From the human T2T-CHM13v2.0 reference genome, Homo sapiens: a stretch of DNA of 64,000 bases. The notes under the pieces are model-generated. The model had not been told where the DNA came from. It ran no database searches and saw only the letters and a program-made list of their open reading frames with translations. The stretch lies in NCBI RefSeq assembly GCF_009914755.1, contig NC_060927.1. One strand, 5' to 3'. Every line of letters begins with the position of its first letter. The first letter of the stretch is position 1. Positions 13,873 through 29,359 of this stretch are shown here, piece by piece. Both the position numbers and the translations under genes were made by a program.

Positions 13873-14699
13873 CAGAAACCAAGGAAGAAATATCTCCTGC
13901 TAATGAAAAAAATATTAATTCCATTGACTTGGAAGTCAAAATTGCCATTAATGGGCCCCTCATAACATAGAAGAATGGGCCAAAAAATGACATGTAATAT
14001 TGATGCACTGATTGATCCTGATCATACAGAAATGTTATTATTGCTTTCCAATGGAGATGCATGTTGGGAATGTAGTGTGTTTTTAAGATGTCTTTTAGTG
14101 CTTCCATGTAAACATTAAGCGAACTTCGACAGGCAAGATAACTCGAGCTTGATGTCGAATTAATGTTTGAGTTCCAGTGTAAGGTAAAAGTTCTGGATAA
14201 GCTGAAGTTCTGGCTAAAGGGAGAGGAAACATGAAATACATAGTGGAGAAAGAAAGTCATATAGAAGGCCTTCAAAACCGTCTCCAAAAATTAGGACTTT
14301 ATTTGCTTAAATATATATTTATTCTTGCTTTTCTTCTATATATTTACAAATTTTGTATTTTAATTGATTTTTTTATTTTTCTCCTCCCATTTACTATACT
14401 ACTTAACATAAGGTTAGTTTTGAAAATTTGCTTTAAATTTTATGATAGATTACAGAGTATCAAGATGGGATTTTCAAGAGGTAGTGTAGGAATGGGCATC
14501 ACACAGATATCTTATACCTGGTGCTAGATGCACTGGAACTTAGCGTTTTCAGCATTTCTGGAAGTGAGTATATTCTTGTTCTTTTCCAAGGAGAGTTGCA
14601 TTAAATTGCAGGGAATCACTTTTTCTGTTTAAAAATAGAATAGAAAAAAATAGAATAAAAAAAGACACTGAGGGGATATTAATGTATAAATATTTATCA

Positions 14700-15227
14700 T
14701 ATTTTATAGTAAGCAGCATTTTTGAACCCTCTTTCATTCTAAATTTAAGACATTTATATAATTAAGTCTGATGTATCCAAAGGAAGCTAGAAACTCTCAG
14801 CTTTCTTGAACACAAGGCATAGGCACAAAATCTAGGTGCTACCAATGAAATGTAACTGCTTAAGATTTTGATTTAGAAAAGTTGCATGAAAATGTAGGAG
14901 TCCTGAAAGAACCATTATATGGTTGAGAGGTAATGAATGTGTCAAGTTTTGAGATGTGTCTGTGGTGGAGATTTTAACATCAGATGCACAGCGTCACTGG
15001 TATGAGCTCTGTTGTGTGTTCCTAAGAGTCATCAATATAGTCTCTGTTGGACAACTATGTGATGTGATATGGGCACTCGTCCTTGCTGGAAAGCCTTCAG
15101 ATCTGATTCTCTAGTCCCCCTGAATGTCAATTGACCATGTAATACTCTTTAATGAGTGTTTTTCTTTTCTTTTTAACTAGACAAAGTGTTTTTTCTTGCT
15201 TGAATTTAAGGATACTGGCTGATACAA
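14700..15227 (+). mobile_element. ERVL LTR (LTR33-like), probably the 3' LTR of the upstream internal region
   Basis: aaggaagctagaaactctcagctttctt...ttcttgcttg...gctgataca terminus. Confidence 0.55.
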
Positions 15228-16044
15228 TGTAGCTGAAGTTTAGAGCAACAAACTAACTTATCCATGATCAGAATACTTCTTATAAGTATGAAATATGTTC
15301 TGCCCCTATGGCTTTCACTTTTAATCTTATTCTATTTCAGTATTGCAGTTTTGCCTTTTCTTTGGCTGGGTCTTATTTCATGTTGCCTCACCTTTCCCCC
15401 ACTCAATTCCAAGTTAAATTAAGTTTTTTAAGCAATAAAAACCACTTGGCATTTATGTTACTAGGGAGTTTCAGGACTGATGTTTATTCCAAATTTGGTT
15501 CCCATATTCAGAAATGAAATGAGGAAAGAATAATGTAGTAAACAACATAGAGGAAAAAACACACTACAAAGATAGATGAGCAAATTACCAATTAACTAAT
15601 TACCAAGAGTTGCAATTTATCTTCATTGAAATGCTGGGACAAGTGTGATTGGCAAATTGAATGTGAAGGGGAATGCATCCCATTTAGTCATTTAATAGGA
15701 TAGGCAGGTCAGATTTACAAATGGGGATTCACTATGCATTTAAACTATTTATTCCCCTTTCACCCTCCAGACAGATTTTGAATAGAGTAAGAGTTCTTTT
15801 TTTCTAAGTGTGCCAATAGGCATTGTTTTTCTAAAATCGGGGGTAAAACTTTGCCCATTTACTAATAGAATTTGGAGAGTGTCTTCAAAAAACTGACCAA
15901 ATAGTCAGATAAGAATGATTCAAAAGACAGATTATGTTTTATCAAAGCCTGTTTATGAGTACCTAAAAACATTATCCTGGTCAGTATTAAATAATGTATG
16001 AATACATTATCCTGGTCAGTATTGAAGATACTGTTGATATTGAA

Positions 16045-16067
16045 TGTGTGTGTGCGTGTGTGTGTGA

Positions 16068-16094
<27 letters not shown>
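16045..16094. repeat. Interrupted (TG)n microsatellite
   Basis: Direct reading. Confidence 0.95.
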
Positions 16095-16098
<4 letters not shown>

Positions 16099-17649
16099 TT
16101 CAAAACGGGTGCAGGGGAGAAAAAGGCAAAATAGTGGCGGTCAAATTGTACATGTAGAAGACATCTAATAAAATCTGTAATGACCTCATGGTGAAGTGAT
16201 AAGAAGTATTCTGGTGTATTCCGATCTAGCCTAAACTTATAAAAAAGAAAGTTATCTCAGAGTATATTTTATTTATCTTTTTATGTAGAGAGACTCTAAT
16301 ACTCTCATGCAAGTGGTTGGGCAAAATAATTCATTAAAATGCTCATTTTAAGGTAAGTGTACAAAGAAAAAAATCTTGTCAAAAGAATAGCAACTATGGA
16401 GCGACTCGTATTGATTTTTATTAATAGAAATATGAAAAAACTGCATTTATATGCCAAGATTTGTATTATACTCTGAAACAAAAATAAAATGTAAGCCAAT
16501 TAGCCCTGACAATTACAAATGTATCACAATTTATTTGCTTAAACCGCTAAAGGAGAACACACTTCACAAAGTAAATGTCAGCTGTAAAGACACAATGAAG
16601 ATTTGACATTCTGATTTCCCACCCTATCCTTTGCTTCACCTTGGTGTGCTTTATGTAATACATTTTTCTTGTGTGTTTAAACTCAAGCAATCGAATAACA
16701 ATGGTCCAGAATTCATAAGTATAATTTAAAATTTTAATAATTCTTTCTCGTGTATTTGATATGGATAGGCCCTAGATGATTCCCTACTTCCTCCATGCTG
16801 ACTAGCAGTTACATTCCTTCTTAGAGCAGATTCTCACTAAGCACTTCTTGAATTAACAGATTATGAATTTCAAGGAACATGAGCAGACCGATCTTCAAAT
16901 AAAACTTATTTTACTTCATAAAATTATTATTTTATGGTAAAGGTAGGGGTGGCTGCAGGATCACCTGAAGCCTTACTGTTAAATAAATATTGCAAATTTT
17001 TATTGAATTTTTTTAACTTATATTTATTAAATACGCATTAGATGAAAACAATCTTTGTTCAGTGAATACAGCATTTCCTAAAGTCACTTATAATGTACAT
17101 GACTTAATGTTTACATAAAATCAACAACAAATTTCAACTGAGCAAATAAGGCAGTCAGTCACAGTTATTCACTAACAGTTTTTAAGCTTTAAGTTATTCC
17201 AAGTAATATCATAAAAGAGAATGTAGTTATTATCATGCTGAAGTAATTACTTATTCTGAAAAGTGAAGAAAAAGGACTCAGTTCACCAATGAGCTGTATA
17301 CAACCTCTCATGAGACTAGAAAAATCAGTTTTTGTACAAGCTTCAGGGGCATGTAAGTACATGTTGAAGAATTTATAATACTAGCATTGGCAAAGGAGCC
17401 ATGTTCCCAGTAGGAAACAAGATCCTTAATGATGATCAGACTTTAATATCCATTGCCACCAGTGAAAATAAAAGGCTGGACAAGACAAAAGAAAGTGTAA
17501 ACTGGAAGATTTTCTTGAGACTCATAATGGTGATTATAATTTTAATAAAGGAGCTTTGTCCTGAAATATTGTTACTTAGCATAATGACCAAACAGAGAGA
17601 TAATACAGATGTGTATTGTTTTTTAAATTATTTTATATCTTTGTAAAAA

Positions 17650-19240
17650 GCTTTATTTTAATATTTTTGTGTTAATCAACTTTATATATACATATTTTAT
17701 ATTTGTATTTTATCAAATGATCAATTAAATGTTAACTGTATCATTTGATGAACTTTGGAAATTTTACATACTGTATACAAGCATAACCACCACTCCAATA
17801 AAGATTTAGAATATTTTTAACTCCCTAGAAAATTTTCTAATGCCTTTTCCTCCTCTAGCTTCCTGCAAACCCCTAGGAAACCCATGATATTACTTCCATT
17901 ATCATAGCTTACTTTTATCTACCACCTAATTTCATATAAATACTGCCATATGGTTTGTACTCTTTTTGTGACTAGCTAGAATATATTTTTCATAAAACTC
18001 ATTATATTGATGATGTTGAGTATCTTTTCATGTGTTTGTTGGCCATCTGTATAACTCCTTCAGTGAAATATCTGTTCAATGATTGACTTTGACTTTTTTT
18101 TTAATAAGTTCCTTTAGGTTCAGAAAGTTGAATAATTTTACAAGTTCCTTGTAATGGACAAGTATATGTGTACATATAAAATCACAGTTATAATACTAGC
18201 ATTGTCAAAGAAGTATATATATCATACATATCATAATATATTTTGGCAAAGGATATATTTCCCACGGTCTGTGGGCCTCTTATGTACTTTCTTAGTGTCC
18301 TTTTTATTTGAAACTTTTATTGAGATAATTACAGAGTCACATGTGGTTATAAGAAATAATATACAGAAGGATTATGAACTCTTTACCCAGTTTCTCCAAA
18401 AATAAAATTTTGTAAAATTCTAGTATAATATCATGAACAGGATATTCACACTGATACATTCAAGATACAAAAATTTCTATCACTGCAAAGATTCCTCATT
18501 ATCTTTTATGTGATCATAAGTGGTACCATGTTTTCGATTTTGTATTCTGTGTGTTCATTTTTACTGTATAGAAGTGTAACAGATTTTTGTGTTGATATTG
18601 TGCCCCATGACCTTGCTTAACTCATTTATTTTATAGTTGGATGTTTTGGTACATTGTTAGTATTTAACAGATGGACAATCATGCTCTATACAAAAGGGGA
18701 AAATTCTTTCTTTCAAATTGGTATTTTTTTTTGTCTTTTTCTTGATGTCTCATTGCAGTAACTAAGATTTTTACTGCATGTTGGGTAAGAGTTTTGAGAG
18801 CAGACATCCTTGCCTTTTTTATTGAGCTTAGAAATAATGCATTATCTTTCACCATTAATGGTTATGTGATATGCAGGTTTTTTAAAAAGAATATTTCTTA
18901 TCAACCGTAAGTAATTACTATCTATTCCTAACTTACTGATCTTTTTTTTTTTAACATGAATGAATGTTGGATTTTGTTATACCTTGCCTGTATAAAGTTA
19001 TAAGATCAGTTGATATTTTTTCCTTTTTCCTGTTTTATGGCGAATTACATTGATTGATATTTGAATGCTTAGTCAGCCTTGCATACCTTGGCGATACTTT
19101 ATAATTTTATTTATAGTTGTTAGATTTGGTATCCTATTTTATTTGAAGATCTTTGCATCAAAGTTCATAAGAGAAATTGGTCTGTTTTATTTTTGTCTTT
19201 TTTTATATATCAGAGCAATAGTGGACTCACAGAATAGTTT
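17650..19240 (-). mobile_element. Composite of old L1M fragments (L1MC-type 3'UTR and ORF2)
   Basis: ctctttacccagtttctcc...gatacattcaagatac (L1MC 3' end) and gagagcagacatccttgcc (ORF2, antisense). Confidence 0.75.
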
Positions 19241-19244
19241 GAAA

Positions 19245-19981
19245 CATACAAAAGTATTGTATTTCTAATACAAGCAATGAAGAATATAAAAATAGAATTA
19301 AGAAAATAATTTCATGAACAATAGCACATAAATGAGTGAAATACTTAGGAATACATCTAACCAAGGAGGTGAAAGACTTGTATATGGAAACAATAAAATG
19401 TTGAAAGGAGATAAAGGCCTAATAAATAAGAATACATTCTGTGTTTATGAGTTGGAAGATTTAGTATAGTTAAGAGGCCAATACTTCTCAAACTCATCTG
19501 TAGATTCAATGTAATTTCTATCAAAATTTTGTGCAACAATGGATAACCTGACCTTAAAATTCATACATAATTATAAGAAACCCTGAATTGTTCAAAAAAG
19601 AACAAAGTTGGAGAACTCATACTTCCTGATTTTAAATTTATTACAAAGCTACAGTAATCAAAACAATATAGAACTATCAAAAAATAGTTATATGGATCAA
19701 TGCGATGTAAAATGAGAGTCCAGAAATAACCCACATATCTATGACTAATTGATTTTTGACAAGGATGCCATTACCATACTATGGGGAAAAATAGACTGTT
19801 TAATAAATGGTGCTGAGAAAACTTTTGGAACATGCGAGAGAATAAAATTTGACCCTTACCTCAGATCATCTACAAAAAGTAACTGAAAATGTATCAGTGA
19901 CCTAAACGTAAGAGCTAATACTATACAATTCTTACTAGAAAACATAGGAGCATAATTTTATGTCATTTTATTTGGCAATTG
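19245..19981 (+). mobile_element. L1M ORF2 block in the opposite orientation to its neighbours
   Basis: aacaaagttggagaactcatacttcctgattttaaa, tttgacaaggatgcca and aataaatggtgctgagaaaac are sense-strand ORF2 3' motifs. Confidence 0.85.
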
Positions 19982-19994
19982 GTTTTCTTTCTTT

Positions 19995-22100
<2,106 letters not shown>

Positions 22101-22106
22101 AGGGAC

Positions 22107-22656
22107 TGTGATGGTTAATATTAAGTGTCAACTTGATTGGATTGAAAGATGCAAAGTATTGTTCCTGGTTTTGTCTGTGAAGGTGTTGCTAAAGGAGATT
22201 AACATTTGAGTCCGTGGACTGAAAGAGGTAAACCCATCCTTACTCTGGGTGAGTACCATCCCCTTAGCTACCAGCACGGCTGAAAAAAGCAGGCAGAAGA
22301 AGATGGAATGAGCAAACTTGCTGAGTCTTCCAGCCTTCATCTTTCTCTCGTGCTGGTTGCTTCCCGCCCTTGAACATCAGACTCCAGGTAATTTGTCTTT
22401 GGACTATTGGACTTACACCAGTGGTTTGTCAGGGGCTCTCAGGCCTTCAGCCACAAACTGAAGGCTACCTGTCCGCTTCCCTACTGTTGAGGTTTTGGGA
22501 CTCGGACTGATCCACTACTGGTTTCCTTGCTCCTCAACTTGCAGACGACCTATGATGGGACTTTACCTTGTGATTTTAAGTCAGTTCCTCTTAATAAACT
22601 CCCTTTCATGTATACATATATCCTATTAGTTCTGTCCCTCTTGAGAACCCTGATTA
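22107..22656 (+). mobile_element. MLT2A2-like solo LTR with a clipped 3' terminus
   Basis: tgtgatggttaatattaagtgtcaacttgattggattga...ctattagttctgtccctcttgagaaccctga. Confidence 0.9.
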
Positions 22657-22739
22657 GAGGTTTTTTCAGGCTGGGCTGCTTGTTGTGATGAAGTATTCCT
22701 TGCTATTGTCACCCAACACCCTTACATCACCCATGTCTT

Positions 22740-24300
22740 TTGAAAAGCAGAAATTTTTATTTATTTGATTAAAGAAATTTTACTGTAAAGTGTGCATGTG
22801 TTTTACTTTTATGCTTAGTGTTTTATAATTTCTAAAATATGTTTCCTACCCAATGGCTGCAGAGCTATTGTCTTCTGTTTTCTTCTCGAATGTTTCTAAT
22901 TTAACTTTTATGCTTTGGCATATAATCCAAAAATTAATTTTAGGTATGTAATGAGATAGGGATTGAGAAATATGTTTTAGATATATTATTCTAGTTGTTT
23001 GAACACCCTATTCTGGAAAAAAGTTTCCCATTGAATTACTTTATCAACTTTATTTAAAAAATAAATTGTCTTTATACACATAAATTATTTCTGGACCATC
23101 TATTTTGTTCCATTAATCATTCTTCTAAAATTAAGCCAATACCACATGTTTTGAGAATTGTAGATTTATATTAAGTCTTAAAGTCATATTGTATCTACCT
23201 TCTAATATTTATATTATTTTAAAGAATTTTACTATTCTTGGTTCTTATGAAGTCCATATAAATTTTACAATCAGTATGTTGATTCTAAAAGAAAAGAAAT
23301 CCTTATGGAATTTCTATTAGTATTGTATTTAAATCACTTCTAAATTTGAGGATTGTTATTTGTTGAATTGCTTTTCCCTCAAAATTCACGTTGATGTTCT
23401 AACCTCTAGTACTGAAGACATGACCTTATTTGGAAATAGAGTCATTGTAGATGTAATTATTTATGATGAGGCCATTGACATAGAGGGGGCTTCTAATCCG
23501 AGATGATTGGTGTCTCTATAAATAGGGCAAATTTGGACACAAATTCGCATAGGAAGAGAATGAAATGTGAACATAAAAATGGAACACTCTTATCTCAGAT
23601 TTCTAGCCTCCAGAAATGTGAGACAATAATTTTTATTGTTTGAACCTTCCAGTTTGGTGGTATGTTGTTAATGCAGCCCTAGAAAACTAATACGATTAGT
23701 AAGGACATCTTAACAATACTGAGTTTTTAAGTTTATAAAACTGGTATTGTCAACCCATATAGTTAGGTTTTCTTTAATAACTCTCTAAAGCATTTTGTAG
23801 TTTTCACTATAGAAGTTTTACATGTTTCATTAAGCTTATTTTAATATTTTTATTTATTAATATATTGCAAATGATATACTTAAAATTAATTTTTCTAATG
23901 ATATACTCTTAGAACATAAATTTTAATTTGATTTTTATATACTGGCCATGTGCCCTGCCAGCTTACTAAGTTCACTTATTAATTTGAGTGGTTTCCTTTC
24001 CAGAATCCATACTTTGAATTTATTTTCTTGCATTATTGCCCTGATTAGGACTCACAGTACAATGTTAACTACAAGAGGAGAGAATAGTCATCCTTTTTGT
24101 TTGTTTGTTTCTCATCTTGGAGGAACTGTGCAATGTATAATTGTTTAGTGTAATGTTTGACAGGTTTTTTTTTTTTAGGTACTCTTTATAAGACTGAAGA
24201 ACCTCTATACTATCCTTGGTTTTCTCAAATTTTATTATATATAAATCTTGAATTTTGCCAAATGCTTTTCTATTTAGTAAAATTAATTATATATAATATT
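22740..24300 (-). mobile_element. Old L1M ORF2 3' fragments
   Basis: ttcccattgaattactttatcaac, ccatataaattttacaatcag and gacatcttaacaatactgag. Confidence 0.7.
23355..23693 (+). mobile_element. MLT1B/C-like LTR nested in L1
   Basis: tgaccttatttggaaatagagtc...ctagcctccagaaatgtgagac...gcagccctagaaaactaatac. Confidence 0.85.
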
Positions 24301-25225
24301 CTCCTTAATTTATGTGGATACATGCAGTACAAATTTTATTGAACAACTAATACACTTTTTCACTCTATCTCAACTAGTTAAATACCTTTTACTCTTCCTA
24401 TTTCTCAAAATACACATTTAAAAATAAAAACATTTCCAATAAACTACCCCACTCTTCTAAAATAAAGGGTATGCATCTTTCATGTGACAAGATGACAAGA
24501 CCTATGTTTATTCATACATCTTTACACTTTATACTGAGTCAAGCTTCAATAAGTTTAATTACTGCAATTACTATAGCATGAAATCTGTAACATAAAGTAA
24601 TCTACTGCTTAGTGATACAAAAAATTAAGTGGGGATACATGATGTTTAGAAATATTAACTTTTGATACTGTCACATTATTAATAAATCCATTATAGGCCT
24701 ATTTATAATTTTAGACCTGTGACCTTACTGTGTTAAATATAGTATTCATATTAGAAAAACAACACTTAGCATTTGGCATTTCTCAAAAGTGACTGACTCA
24801 ATTAACATAAGATTTAATCATGTGACAGGATACAATTTCGGTGGCTTAATCACAAATAAGTCATCTAGACCATTTTCTACCCCTAGAAGAATAAACCTAA
24901 ATATGCTTAATCAGTGTGTAAAATCCTCCAGCCAATTGTCATAAACTTTCAAAATTGTTAGCCATGGAAAAGAGAGCATGATGTCTCTTCTTGTTAATTT
25001 TCAATAAAGTGTTTAGGCATTATTTTCAGTTATATGTTCAGAAAATTAACATAAGCTCTTTTTTGAACATGATTAATTTTCTAATGCTTAGCAAAACTAA
25101 CCATCAGTTCTACTAGTATATATGGTTACATTACAGTCTACATTTTCACTAGTCAGAGCAAAAGGAATCCAGCTGGTATTCGCTGTCAAAGTTGACAACT
25201 AATGAGTGTCTGAGCTCTACCACAA

Positions 25226-25623
25226 GTGTAATTCATACTGGGGTGGGCCACCCAGATTCCTTTCAGGAGTTTGGGTCTTGTTCTCTGTGCTGTCTTTGGT
25301 CATTGCTCTCTGGAAGGGAGCTGCCCTGCTCATATAATGCTGTCTCCTCAGAGGCAGCCCACATTACATGGCAGGTCAGTGTGGTGATACAGAGGCTGAC
25401 CCCACTTGCCTTGATCAGGGACAACTCTGAAGGGCATCCAGCCCTAGGCTTTGAGCAATCTCCTGAGGCTTCTGCTGCAATGTCATCCCACTTCAACTTT
25501 TCCCTCTGCCCAGTCGTGCTTCCCTCTCTCTTCAGTGATATTGCTCCTGGCAGCTCTTCCCAATAAACCATCCACAGCAAATCTCCAACTCAGGATCTAT
25601 TTCTAATGAGAACCAACCTATAA
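25226..25623 (+). mobile_element. LTR16C-like LTR
   Basis: gggacaactctgaagggcatcc, ccctctgcccagtcgtgcttcc and caataaacc...aaatctcc. Confidence 0.8.
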
Positions 25624-25678
25624 TTATGAGTCACAATGTCTTATTTTTCAGGAGCCGTCTACATTGAGAAAGCTTTTT

Positions 25679-26000
<322 letters not shown>

Positions 26001-26958
26001 TAGAAAGCTTTTTTTAAAAAATTATAGAATATTCTCTCCTATCCTCTGTTCATCAGTTAGATCCCTAAATCCTCCTCATAATTTTTGTATCATTTCATAA
26101 TAATCTCCTTTTAGAAGACTGTTTGATCTTCCCCACTCCTGTTTAAGAATTGCTATTTCTTTTGTGCTGTCATACAACTCTGTTCATGGCTGTTTTCCAG
26201 CATGTATCATACTATAAACTAGTTAATTTTATTAACTAGAATGGAAAAAACTGCTTTTGTCAGCATTTCAGACAGGTTTAGTCAGGCAGAAATGCCTGGG
26301 CACTAGAGAATGGGGACTCCAGTGGGTCCCATAAGAAAGTGCAGTAGAGCAACGAACAAAGATATACCATCCAGAGTGCTCCATGCAGCAGGTGGGTAAC
26401 TAGGAGGGAGTGTGTGGGCTGTGAAAGGCAAGAGAGTATCAGGGTTGATGGTACTGATATGGCTGAGACTTTTCAGGGAACTCTGTGATTCCGTGTTACA
26501 TACTTCCAGTCAAGACTAAGATTGCTAAAGTCAAACACTGCTGAGTGGGATTGCAACTCTTATGCAAAATAGTAAAGAAGGCCAAGTTTAATTCAGTTAC
26601 GATGTGGGCAGAGCTAATGAAGTTACAGGATCTCAGAATGAGAAGCACAAGGCGGTATATAAAGTATAGAAACATAGCAATGGCACCATTGACTTCCATA
26701 TGAAGGCTCTTAGGGGTCTGAGCTCTTAGATTCTTCTCTAGAGGTATTTTAGCTTATGGCTGAACTGTCTGGGCCTTCATCATTCTCATCATTCTCCCAT
26801 TGGTAGGACTAGAGTAGTATTATCGGGTTTCAGGGCGGCATTTTAAAGAAAATGTTTATATATAACTACATACTGACATATCTCCATAAGCAGAGCTCGA
26901 GTGTTAAAGTATTGCCCCCACACCCACCCCAATTTCAATTCTTTATAGAACAAACAGT

Positions 26959-27332
26959 TGCCACAGTCTGAATGTTTGTGTCCCTCCAAAATTCATGTTA
27001 AAATCCTAAACTCCGAGGTGACATTATTAAGAGGTGAAGCCTTACAGAAGGTGATAAAGTTATGAAAGTAGAACCCTGATGAATGGAATTCATGTTCCCA
27101 TAAAAGATATCTCTGAGAGTTCCCTTGCCCCTTCCACCATGTGAAGACACAGCAAGAGGGCACGATCTATGAGAAAGCATGCCCTCACCAGACACCAACT
27201 CTGCCATTGCCTTGATCTTGGATTTCTGAGACTCCAAAACTGTGAGAAATAAATTTCTGTCATTTATAAACTACACAGTATATGGTATTTTGTTATAGTA
27301 TTTTGTTATAGCACGCTGAACAGGCTAAGACA
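26959..27332 (+). mobile_element. MLT1A0-like LTR
   Basis: tctgaatgtttgtgtccctccaaaattcatgtt...ccctcaccagacacc...gctaagaca. Confidence 0.9.
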
Positions 27333-28744
27333 CCAACGTTTAACTGATCTTTCCACTTTCTCCCAAGGCTATTATATCAGGAGCAGAAGTTTCTCTCTGG
27401 GTTACATCCTCCTAAGGCTATACTAAAATTATTATGATACTTGCTTAACTGTTATACCTTACTAAAGAATATAAAATGTATCCTTCAAATGTATCAAAGT
27501 ATTCAAGAAAAAATGGTATTAACTGGCAGCTGAATATTTTTGCACATGAAAATGTAATTATTATAAATTACAATAAATTAATAATTTACAAATCAGTATG
27601 TTGCTTCAGTTCATTTTGTACTTTTATAAGGAGCAAAATCTTTGACTTTAACTCTTCTAGTTATAACTGCTAGTTTCCAAACATGAGTAAAATTCCTATT
27701 GGAAGTAAAGATAGTTTGTAACAGTAAAAAAGAACTCAAGTCATTTTAGAATAAAAAAAGCAAGAAAAACAAAAAAGTCGGAATAATTGTCAATCTGGAA
27801 AGCAGACTATGAAATGACAAATGTGGGGCAAACAAATATAGTGCTGTGAATGTGTAGTGTAACACAGATAACTGACAAAATGATATGCCTGAAATTATTA
27901 CTCTCCTCTGTTGTACAAATATCTTGTAACTGGGCATTTTGTTAAAGACAATAAGAATTGTGAAGAGAAATAAAACAGAAATACTTTATTTCGAGAACAA
28001 GGTAATAAAAATAACGGAGACTGACTTAGCAGTACCCGTATGATTCCCTGAGAATGATAGTTTAAAGGTTCTCTGCAAACCCCATCCTTTATTGTAGGTA
28101 TTTTGATAGAGCCCTCAGTACTGAAAATACAATTCATGGCCTCTTAGCCAGACACTGGCTGCTTATCACAACTTAACAGAAAGTGAGATGAAGCTTGTCA
28201 AGAAGAAAATATGGGGCATTTTAGTGGAAAATCCACCGAGACTGGGCTGCATACAATTATTTGATAAATTTAAAATAGAACAGATTGCCAGAATTATTTC
28301 CCAGCAAAGGCATTGCTGAATGACACAGAATTGATGTGTTACAGAAATAGCTGATAAGGGACTAGACTGCAGCCCACACTAATCAAATTCCAGACTCTAA
28401 TAGCCCAAGGGAATTCAAATTCTTCAAGCCAGGGGCACAAACTACAGCCAATTCCATCACAGTCATTGTAACAATATGCTTACATGGGTAAGCATGTCTA
28501 CCTACAGTTATCACAAATATAAATGACAAAGTTTAACCTTTTCTCCTTCAAAAGCCTCTTTTAAACTCCTATAGGGGGTTTTAAAGCTAGGTCAAAAGCA
28601 ACTGTACATTAGAACTTCTTCAGAATACTAGGGAAGTAGTATTTTGCACTTGATATTTGCAAACTTAAACAATTCAACTTATCCCCCTAGTTATATCTAG
28701 TTATAATAAATGGAGAAACAACTTGGGTAGCTTTCATGGGGCAG

Positions 28745-29140
28745 ACTTAGGGCACATTCCCGAAAAGCAGACCGTGATATGAGCATCTCTTTGGCTGTGA
28801 TTAAGGAAGAGTTCCCAGGGAAAACTGGTAAGGGGATGGAGGAAGCAGGACAGAGAAGTGAAACCAAGCAAGGTACAGGCAAAGTCCTGCAAAAGGCAAC
28901 TTCAGCCTGATCCTGTGGGAAAATTGCAGTTTAATGTCTCCTGAGTTGCTCTGAGCCGGGGAGCTGGACTTTGGTACTCTAGCATCAGTTTGATCATTGA
29001 CTAAAGGCTTCCGCCGTAGGATATAACTTAGAGACACAGCTCTCTGGTACCTTAGGAAAAGCAGGCTCCAGTAGCTCCAGGGCACTCTTGTGGTAAAGAG
29101 CTGCAAATTCTGGCTGTTGGAAGAGAAAGCAAACCAAGGA
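28745..29140 (-). mobile_element. LTR16A-like LTR
   Basis: ggaagcaggacagagaag...ttcagcctgatcctgtggga...ggagctggacttt. Confidence 0.7.
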
Positions 29141-29359
29141 GGGAATAGCAGAGGAAAGGAGAGGACAGAAACAATAAAAGGTATCCAAAGAAATCTGAGC
29201 CAAAGATCAACACTCTTCACTAAAAGGGCCATCCTTGAGAATGGTTGCAGAGCATAATCGTACTACTTTGTTATCAATTACTAGTAATATATTGGCTCAA
29301 GCCATAACAGGAGCACAAAGGGAAAAGCTAAAGCTTTTCTTTTCATCAATATCTAGTTG

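Noticed and set aside
13853-14527. 144-aa and 98-aa ORFs
   Set aside because: Inside decayed ERVL sequence, compositionally biased, no domain recognised
15969-16023. Repeat-spacer-repeat resembling a mini CRISPR array
   Set aside because: Only two units, primate context, no cas genes, and the spacer is locally templated
25192-25580. Overlapping 124-aa and 105-aa ORFs (similarly 28801-29232)
   Set aside because: They coincide with LTR16-type elements; chance open frames
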